From contig RHPI01003762.1 in assembly GCA_009103225.1 (NCBI GenBank), positions 1 to 64,000 on the forward strand: a stretch of DNA of 64,000 nucleotides, read 5' to 3'. Positions 40,478 to 50,151 of the stretch are shown piece by piece. The notes beneath the pieces are model-generated. The model worked only from the letters and a program-made list of their open reading frames with translations. It made no database searches and was not told where the DNA came from. The stretch is from Chlorokybus atmophyticus (Eukaryota > Plantae > Mesostigma and Chlorokybus algae). The translations under genes and the position numbers were made by a program. How positions within the stretch are numbered: position 1 is the first letter of the stretch; each line of letters starts with the position of its first letter.

Positions 40478-41738
40478 AAAGTTACTTTTTCCGGAGACTT
40501 CAGCACACCCTCACCTTTGAGAGGGTGTGGTAAACGCAATTGTTAACGTCGTTGCGAAGCTCATAAAGTCAGCGTTCCAACAAGCCAACCCACGATGGAA
40601 ACGGACCGGCGATGGGCCCTTGGCGACCTATCCTTAAATAAGTGTCCGAAGTATGGGCACTTTACCCTAATACAAGTCCTTTGTGACAAGTGTTCTGCTT
40701 GTATATTTGCATGCGCGTGTGAGTGACACTGTGCATGTTGTTGTGCTCATTTTGCATATTTTTGTGCATATATTTGAGCTGCTTATTATTGTGGGGATGT
40801 GGGTTGGACGGTCCAGATCTTCTGGCTTTGCTCCAACGGCTCCATTCTTGTCTAGACCGCCCAGCCTATCAGAAGGCTGAATTCGGTAATGCGCGCGAGT
40901 TCCGCGCGTTTGTCGGTCCTCGACCGGATTTTGCCGGTCGCGACCGGCGTCCTTTGATCCTTTGATCATTTGAGCTTCATAAACGCTTATTTAGGTAAGT
41001 GTTTGAGGGATTCTTACCCTCTATTCTCTTAGCTCTTATCCTTACTACCATACCATAGAGGGTGGGTCCACAGGGTTTCTGTGGACGGCCCCTCGCTTCC
41101 TACAAGTACATTACGTTTGGGGTCTCGGTGTCGCCGCCATCGTCGACCGCGGCAGCGCCCACCGCGGCGGAGTTACTGGATTGCTGCCCTTGCTTTGCGT
41201 CTCTCTGGTCTGCTTTCCCTTCCCCCGGTCTGCTCTCTGTTCTGCCTCTGATCAAGTTCGCTGCGCTCTGTGCCTCTGCTTGCACTTATGCGTGCGGTTG
41301 TTGTGCAATCGTCGTCTGACCTTTGCTTTGCGTCCTGTTTCCGGTCCGCTTTCCCCCGTCTGCTCTCTGCTTCTGCTTCTGCCTCTGCTTGAGTCTGCAG
41401 TGCTCTGCCGCATGTCACTTTCTCTAGTCCTCTAGCCTTGATCTTCTGCTTGCCCTTGTGCATGTGTGCGTGCTGATGTTGTGTGTCACCGAAAACAGCA
41501 GGCAGGCAACCCCTAGCAATCAGCTGCAGCCCGCGGTGAAGAGGTGCTATTGAACGAGCAAGGCCACGTGCGGTGAGCAATAGGCTGAGAGGCAGACGGT
41601 AGCTGGGCAGATACCACTTGCTTTTCTATATGTGCAGTCAATGTCTAGTTTGAGCTGATCTACACCTCTCCTGCGGATTGCAGGCACGTAATGCCGCTCG
41701 CGGCGCAATTGTGGCGCGCAAGTAGTAGGCTTCATTCC

Positions 41739-42701
41739 ATGGGTACGAAGCCTATGAAACTGGTTGTGGAAAAGTCACTGTCAAGGGCTTTGATTACCGT
41801 GCCAGACATGGTAAGTGAGAATGCCACAGCTGCTACTTGCTGCACTAGCTTGTTGTTTGCAATTGTTGCTGTTCCATGACATGTTGCATGAGTAGTAGTC
41901 AGTTGAAATCATCCTTGCAGGACACCTACGAAGCCGACCTCGGTCGTGCTTTCGTGAAGCATTGTTTGCGAAGCTCCACCGATTCTGGTGCTGCGGAGAT
42001 GTCATTGATGTTGGCACAGGCACGTGTGCACGCGGCGCGTCTTGATCCTCAACAAGAGAGGTCGTCCTGGCAAACGGCGGTGCAGCTCAACACCCAGCTG
42101 CAGACAACCAACAACCAGCTTGTGACGCAGCTGTTTCAACTTGGCAAGGAGGTGAAGGAATTGTTTGGTCGTTCGAAGGACCTCGAGCGCGAAAGGGACG
42201 CCTTTCACGTCCAATACGTGAAGCTCAAGGGGCAATTCTCAGCACGCGGCCTACAAGGTAAGCTGTGCAGTTGCTATTGGATTTGTCGTTTATGTTGTTA
42301 ATGTCGTTGATCTGATGTGCATATTTGCAGAGCATTTCGAGTATCAGATGCGAATCTACCTCGCCTGGAGGGTGAACAGTGCAGGGGACTTTACCCGGAC
42401 CTCATTTTACACTTACCTACTGTCATCCAACAACCCTAGAGCACTCAAGTTCCAGATGTGCCTACACCGCGAGACAAACTGGCTACCATCGCCAAAGCCG
42501 ACCAAACAAGAACTCCATTCCTGTGCAAAAGCGCAAGTGCTAACGCCCGCTCCCTTTCTTTGTCTTTTTGTCTCACAAATGCTCACGCTCATGCTCGCTC
42601 GAGCTAATATTTACTTGCCGCTCGTAGGCTTGCCGAGATGTATGGATTACTCTCGCGACAAATACACGCTGAAAATCAACCGACGAGCGAGGAGATTATA
42701 A
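41739..42701 (+). CDS. Hypothetical coiled-coil protein (~259 aa); exons 41739-41810, 41921-42257, 42331-42701
   Basis: Strong GTAAGT/GTAAGC donors and TTGCAG acceptors join three ORFs in frame (…VPDM|DTYEAD… and …GLQ G|AG EHFEY). A heptad-like stretch LNTQLQTTNNQLVTQLFQLGKEVKELFGRSKDLERE is present. No family recognised. Confidence 0.6.
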
Positions 42702-43964
42702 TACATGAAGATAGGCTTGACAGAGTGCACATGAGCGCTCTTGGCTGCATGGCGCAAATCATGGGGTTGAAGTATCGGTTTGAATTTCAAAAAACGGTAA
42801 TGTTGTAATTCTGCAAGTGCACAAGTTGTTGTGTGTTGTGTTGTGGTTGATTGAAGTTGAGTTCATTTTGCAGTTGCCAGCGCCTAGCTAGCTGCAGCAC
42901 GACACCATGACGGCGACGGAGCGGGATTTGAAGAGTGAATCGGGAGCATAGGGATTTACGCAAGTATGGTGTGTGATTCTTTGAGTGGTTTGACTTGTTT
43001 GCAGTTGCCAGCGCCCACCTAGCTGCAGCAAGACACCATGGCAATGGCGGGAGCGGCAGCGGCAGCTGAAGACCTCGCTGGGAGCATAGGGACACATGTA
43101 CATTGCATGTGCGGTCTGTGAGTGTTTTTGCTTACTGTTGTGCTTCTGCGTGATGTCACTTTGGGGGGTGTAGTGTGCGCATCATCTGCTGGTAGTGTAA
43201 TTACCAACAATGCTAGGCCACTGCAGCAGCTACTGCTACATTCGGCTTGTTGAGGCTGGTGTTGTTTTCAGTGGTTGTGCTTTTTCCCGGTCGCTGTCAA
43301 CCATGCGCTCTGCATATCAACTGCAAACACCAGCGCGCAACTTTGCTTGTCTGGCAGAGCGCAATGCATGATTGTGCTTGAGCTTGGCCTGCCTAGAGTT
43401 GTCTTGCTTTGTTTGTCTAGGCTATGCTCTGCAAGTGATACAGTACATCATACATATGCATCGTTTCTGTAATGCCAAGGCACGCTTGCAAGGCTTTGCA
43501 AGGTGAGAAGTTGCGCTCTCGAGTTGGGCATGCCAACCTTGTTGCTGCACAAGTAGCAGGGGCATTGCGGTGGCTGTAGCAAACCCGCCAACACTGCACA
43601 AAGCATGTCTGGCAATGCTCTTTACACATGCAGTGAGTTATGTCGAGCACATAGCCTGACGCTGGTGGGCAAGATGGGAGAGTAGATGGAGTGCCATGAG
43701 TGTTGAATGATGATGGTGACGGAGTGTGGCACCATAGGCTACATGTATGCATGCCATGATATGACACACATGTTACCAGAATCAACAGCAACCATGTTTC
43801 AATCTGGCACTACCATCCCGACAAGCAGCTACTAAACCTAGACATGAACTAACCACAACCACCCCAAAGACCAGTTGCAAACCAACACTTGCCACGCGCA
43901 CGCCACAACAACTATACATGTCCATTATTGCCTGCATCACATTCTACACACTTCACTCAACCTA

Positions 43965-46180
43965 TCATGACAGTTTCAACCTTTGCTTCGGTCGTCGCAA
44001 CCGCGGCTCATCAGGCAAAGTGATTGTCCACTCTGAGCCAGAAAGTTGCAACGGTGAGTCCACAACCGCAACAGGTGTTGGCAGTTCAGCGAGCGGTTGC
44101 AACGCGGACTCAATGGCAGCCACTGCCACGGCTATCGGCTGCACTGGTTTGTGCGCGGGCGCCCGCACCACAATTGTTGCTTGTTCCATATCAATGGAGA
44201 CGTGCATGGTGGCCCCGCGGCTGTTGAGCACATCGTGGGCGATTGATAGCTGCTCACTACCCAGCCAACTGTTGGGCGAGATGGGTGAAGTGGAAGTGAA
44301 AGTCAGCGCAATTTCATCACCTACAAGGGAGGCCGCAACCTCTGCTGTCCCTGTAGATTGCGTGTTCTCCACCAGAAAGTCTAGTATGTTGCTCAGGACC
44401 CTTCTCATGGACGCCACATCAATGAGCGCTAGAGGAAGTGTTGCAGCCTACGAGCAACAAATAAAGATTACCACAATGACGTACGAGCACAGCGGTGCTT
44501 CAGAGAAAGCAGCAGCATCAACAGGTAATGCAGCTTACTGGCGGCATGTTGCACAACAGTACAACGTTTCGTTTAGGCGCCAGCGATGCCTTGACAAGTG
44601 GAAGCAGCTCCTCTGCAATGTTGGATGTTGAGGTGGTCGAAGCGTCCATTGAAAGCATCAGTGGGGTCGGAGGTGGTGGAAGCGCTGTGAACACGCCGGT
44701 GGCGGCGGCTTCTGTCAGCTGCGGTTGTCCAACTTGTGGCATGGCCAGATTGCGCAAGGGGTGCATTGTTGCTTGAAGCGCCTGCACGACGTCTTTCACA
44801 GCCTCCCCTTGAACCAACATGTTTGCTACCATGTCGCGGCCGAGCTCGCCTTGTCGCAACCGGCCTTGAAGCATCTTGCCCAGAGTACGCAGAGCAGCAA
44901 GTGGACCATGTGTCTGCAAGATGCAAGCTAACATGTGTAAAGTGCCACCACACCAACAAGTATACATTCAGACTGGGGATGCAGACTGGCAGCAAGAATG
45001 TGCACTCATGCACCTGTTCGAGCATGCCGCCCATTACTATTGCATGCTGCGCGGTAGCTTGATGCAAGAGCAGGGAGCGCTGATCCAGGGTGCATGCTAT
45101 TGCAAGGGTCTGAGCAACGCCACTGACAATGCTCAATTCTTGCTGCGTGAAAGCGTCATCGCCGGCAGATGGTTCTCTCAATCTCTCAAGCACTAGCAGA
45201 CCAACCAGGAAGGGCGCGCGCACCAATGATACCACAACCGTCAAACCATCCGGCAGGCAGTACTCCTGTCACGGGATTACAGTAAGCACTTGTAAAATAA
45301 GCTTAAGCTTAAGACGTACCACAGAGCACAGAAGCAGTGAGCAGTATTTGTGGTGAAGGGTACAGCTTCACTCTGGCCATGTTAGGGCTTTACCAATGTG
45401 CACTGCTGCTGCAACACAGCAAGCATGACCCCAGCAGCCGTACCTTTTCTTGCACAAGAAACGCCTCAGCCTCCCGGTCTGATGCCCCGCTTGGCAACAC
45501 GGACTCAGCACCCAACAGCATCACTGCATCCCCATCATCAGTGTCGTTTGCAGGAGAGGATGCTATCTTGCGCAACTGCAGCCGTCCACTCGTGTAACTC
45601 TCCGAAGTGCGTATGTACACCTAAACACGCACAGTCAGCCAAGGCTTCCCGTGCCACACATAGCAGAAGTATAATGAATAATGTCCTCACCGTGCATCGC
45701 ACATCATTGTTCAAAAAACTTCTCAACACCTGCGGCAAGGTTGCTGTCAGGTTGCTCTGCTTGCGACATAGGCGTATAAATAAAACCTCTTATCGCTAAT
45801 CGCCACATGCTTACTTGTAGCTGCGCTTCTACAAGTGCAAGGTAGTCTTCACTGGGTTGCACTGATGGCACGGAGTCAGCATCACTGTAGCCGGATGTTG
45901 TAGTTCTTTCTGCGACCGTAGTCTTTTCTGCAACTGTCGCTGTAGCTGAGAGCGGGGGTAGTTTTGAAGCTCGCAGTCGTGTGCGCTGCCAACTGCTGCT
46001 AACACCACTGGAGGAAGTGCACTGGCGTGATGCTACAGACCGGCTGGGGAAGCAGGCAGCAGCATTGTCTTGACAAGCTGTCCAAGTTCGCCGCGCGCAT
46101 GGAGCTGTTATAGTTGCTGACGATGGCTTATGTCGGCCGCAGAAGTGTATGTGAGACGCTAGCTGCGCTGTTGCCGCCAT
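43965..46180 (-). CDS. CSK: Chloroplast sensor kinase (Hik2-type GAF + HisKA + degenerate HATPase) with transit peptide
   Basis: Ser/Thr/Ala-rich transit-like N-terminus. GAF-like VSLVRAPFLVGLLVLER...FTQQELSIVSGVAQTLAIACTLDQRSLLL. H-box LEQ|THGPLAALRTLGKML...DMVANMLVQGEAVKDVVQALQ. N-box LIDVASMRRVLSNILD. Confidence 0.82.
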
Positions 46181-46898
46181 GCCTGCTTTCTACACGGGCG
46201 TGCATGAATTGGCCATCAACCTGGCAAGCAAGCCAGACTTAAAGCAGCGCAATGGCATACAGAGACCACTACTTGAATTGTACAATCCTATGTCAAAGCA
46301 GAATCACGCACAGCTGCATACTAAAACGTCCCAAAACAAGCCACCACACGTCAGGCCACTGGGGAAGAGCCTTGTCATTGCAGCAACAGCACGTAAAAAC
46401 GAAGGTGCAAGAGAGCAAACAAAGTAAACAAACGACTTAACCAAGAGCCCACCTGGTCGAACAGTAAGCGCCAGCATCCACTACCGACTAACACCCGCTT
46501 ATGCCCGACTTGCTTGCCTCAGGCCACGGTTACTGCGGGTACTGGCAGCAAAACCCCCGTGTATTGCACCGCTTGAGAACACCAAAATCTTCAGGCAAGC
46601 GCGCAAAGCTTTACACAGCTCCTCCACAAACCGGCGCACCTCCAGCAAGCCCTTGCCCGTGCCGTCCACACCGCCGCCGCCCGCTCAGCCCACCGCGCCA
46701 CGCACGCAGCTGGGCCACAATGTGGCTTCCGCTACAGGATATACCACGCAGCGAAAATAAAGATCGCAACTTAGTCACATTTGGCTTTCAATTAGCTACC
46801 TGCTTATAAGCTCCGTCTAGTAGATTGGCTGCTCAACTCGCTAGCTGTGATCCTAATGTGGCTACTGTGCATGCGGCAAGCTTACTGCTGTGCTTAGG

Positions 46899-48526
46899 CA
46901 TGCTGCTGCTGAGGCGGCGGCGGAGGTGGTTGTCGTCGCCATGGATGACTGGAGCTGTTGTCTTAGCGTTGTTTGTGCTGGTGATTGCTGCCGCTCATGG
47001 CGAGGGGTTGGTGGATCCCCTGGAAGAAGCGTTTGGTTCAAACCGCAGGGTGATCAATGCCATGTGGCCTGGCCAGTGGCCTGACGACAACAACAAGTAC
47101 ATTGGCCTGGTGCGCTCTGGAATTAACGAGGGTTGTAGCAAGTTGAAAGACTGCCAGGTTTGGCCTGATGCTGTCGCCCCTCCGAGCATCAGGTGCACGG
47201 GTGCAAGACTCAGCAGTTACTTTGTTAGCTGCGACAGAGTGCTTTGGCATGTTTGCTGTAAGAATACCGTTGCTATGTGAAGCATGCGAACAGCTACTGT
47301 TATATAAGCTGTCGCACTCACAGCTGAAGGTGGTGGCTTCACAGCATGCGTGTGATTACAGCAAGCCCAGTGACTCGGAGGCTGGCTTTTCTGCTTGCAC
47401 CTCAGCACATTGAAAGCCAGCTTCAAACTCACTTTGCTGCTGTTACGTACGAAAGCATAGACATCCTGATAAGTTGGATGTGTGTGATGTGAATGTGTAC
47501 ATTGTGCCTATCCGAGAACTTCGCTTCCATGTGATGACTATTATTTAGCTCTAACTTAATGTTTGGTTGCAGGCCTCTGATGCACATTGAGATGTGTGCA
47601 GCCCGGCACGCGCACGTCATAGTGGCATCGTTCATGTGGGGCGAAGCTGTGGAGATGGCTGCTGAGGCCTACCCAGACACGCTGTTCACCAACATAGACT
47701 TCCCCTCAGACCCAATTCTAGAGAATGTGGAATCTCTCGTGTTTGCCGACGACCAGGCGGGGTACTTGGCCGGTGTCATTGCTGGCAGCGTGGCGAAGCA
47801 ACTGAACAACTTGATTGTTGGAGCAGTAGGCGGGTTCCCCGTGCCTCCTGTGAAGCGATTGGTTTACGGCTTTGCTTCGGGTGTGCATGCGGCCTGTCCA
47901 GACTGCAGAACTTACTGCCACTTCGCTATGCACTTCATCAATGCCGCGAATGAGGGCCAATCTCTAGGCAAGAAGTATGCACAGAACAAAGTCTCGGTTT
48001 TGTATGGTGCCGGCGGCCTCACCGGCTCCGCTGCCATCACTGCTGCAGCAGAGGCTGGAGTCTATGTCATTGGTGCTGATGCCGATGAATGGTACAGTAC
48101 TTTTCAGATGGGACACAAAGCAGGAGCCAACAAGGTGTGTACACTGGAGTGCAATTGTTATGCGATGTGCGTGCGTGTGAAGTGTTAACTATGCTATGCT
48201 CAAGTATAGTTCACATCGCAATACTGATGTACCTGCATGTTTCCTAGGTGTTGACTTCAACTTTGAAGGACATCCATGGCGCTGTGGCAGCAAGCATCAG
48301 TCGTGGCGCAAGCAACAGCTTCAGGCCCGGCGTGCAGCTGCTCAATCTGACAGGCAATGGCATTGGCATTGCGCCATGCCATCAGGCGTGCGATGCTGTC
48401 GGCGATGCCGTGTGGGCGATGGTTGAAAGCATCAAGCAAGAGTTGGCCCTGGGGACTCGCACAACTGACGTTGACTTTGAAAGTGGAGACTTTCTGGGTG
48501 ACAAGCTTTGCCATGAGCTGGCCTGA
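46899..48526 (+). CDS. BMP/PnrA-family (basic membrane protein) substrate-binding protein with signal peptide; exons 46899-47192, 47573-48134, 48248-48526
   Basis: AAEAYPDTLFTNID, VFADDQAGYLAGVIAG, VGAVGGFPVPPVKRLVYGFASGV, VLYGAGGLTGSAAITAAAEAGVYVIGADADE and VLTSTLKD match the bacterial BMP lipoprotein family pattern. The 3' end is uncertain (see findings). Confidence 0.88.
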
Positions 48527-48840
48527 AACAAACGAACAGAATGTGTTGTCAAGTCCAAGCGCAGACCAGCTGGCTCTGCTGTCATCTGCGCATGCCGGGA
48601 CGGGACCACGGGACCACTGCAAGCGTGCAGATTCGATGCGTACAACTTAGGCAAGGCTAGTGGCGTTCCAAGGCTGAATTGTGTATCAGTCATCAGTGGC
48701 AAATGCTGTTGGTAGTCCGCTGCAAACCCAAAGGCAGTTTTTGCCCAATATTGCGCAATATTTCCGTATGCACTTGGCAACATCTGCTGCACAAGTTCAG
48801 CATCATCTTCTACTATGCAGGGGCCAATGGCTCAATTGTA

Positions 48841-49340
48841 GAGACCATGGTCAAGGCCAAGACCACCACCGCGACCCAGACCAGTTTATACCAATCAAGA
48901 CCAAGACCGAGACCAACACCACGACCACTGTGACCCAGACTAGCCCGGACCAGACCCAGACCGCGACCAGACGAGACCAAGACCACCGCGACCAAGACCA
49001 GGCCAGACCAGGCCAGACCAAGATCAAGACCAGATAACATGAGACCACGACCACGACCAGACGAGACCAAGACCACCGCGACTAAGACCAGGCCAGACCA
49101 GACTAGACCAAGACCAGGCCAGATCAAGACCAAGACTAGACAACACGAGACCAAGACCAAGACCACCGCGATTGCAACCAGACCAGGCTACAATCAAGAC
49201 CAGCACAACCAGACTAATCCAGACCAGGCTAAGGCCACCAGATCAGACCACCAAGACCCAGATTAAACCAAACCCAGTACCACCAGACCAGGCCACCAAG
49301 CCGAGCACCAGACCTGACGAGACTACCTGATTAAGACCAC
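48841..49340. repeat. Degenerate AGACC(A) minisatellite
   Basis: Dozens of AGACC/AGACCA/AGGCC units, strongly T-poor on the + strand. Confidence 0.9.
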
Positions 49341-50151
49341 TGCCTACGGTTGTCAGTGGCAGACAGTGGTGCAGTGGAAGTGCGGTGCTTGATTTGCTTT
49401 GCTGCTTCTCGCTTTCTTGTTCCAGCTAACGTGTCGGTTGTTCTAGTATGCAAATGCACTGACGATGGCATAAGGGATGTCAGGTTTACTTAGACAAGTT
49501 ATTTAGACAAGTCTACCATATTTTGTGGTGCGTGTCCAGCATGATGGCAGTGTAGTTGAAGGAGGCCAGGACGACTTTGGTAGGAGAGTGGTGTACACTC
49601 TGAATCACGATGGTCACATGTGCACGTGCACATTGCATCTCTTGTACACTTCAAGGACATTCAGGATGAGTTCCACTGCTGTAGCAAATTTGTGGAACTC
49701 ACTCAAGGTGCGCAGTGATATGGGCTGAGGTTAAAAGGTGCAACTTCCGGGTGAGAGCCATGACAGCCCACAGCCATTGCACAAGTGCTTCCCAAATGGC
49801 ACAAGTTAGACAGCCTTTGAATGCGACTTACCATGCTTTCCAATGGTAATATGGGTTACTCATGACCCTAAAGCTGGTGCTGAACAAGGGGTTGAGGGCA
49901 GTAGCGAGAAAGGTGACAAATACTGATGCCCTGCATTGTCTCGGCATACCCGAGGCATGTTATGCAATCATATCGCAGCCCATTGGTCAACCTATACCGT
50001 CACAAGCTGCACACACAGACTGCAATACTACATCAAACATGCCTAAATACCTGTTACCGTCGAGTGCTCAGCAGCAAGGCGATCAACTCGCTATGCTACG
50101 CTTAACACTGATTAATGAATTCATGTACACAGACAAGTCAATGGCTGACAC

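Noticed and set aside
48813-49266. Hydrophobic (VLVLV) and RP/TR-repeat ORFs
   Set aside because: They are by-products of the AGACC minisatellite.
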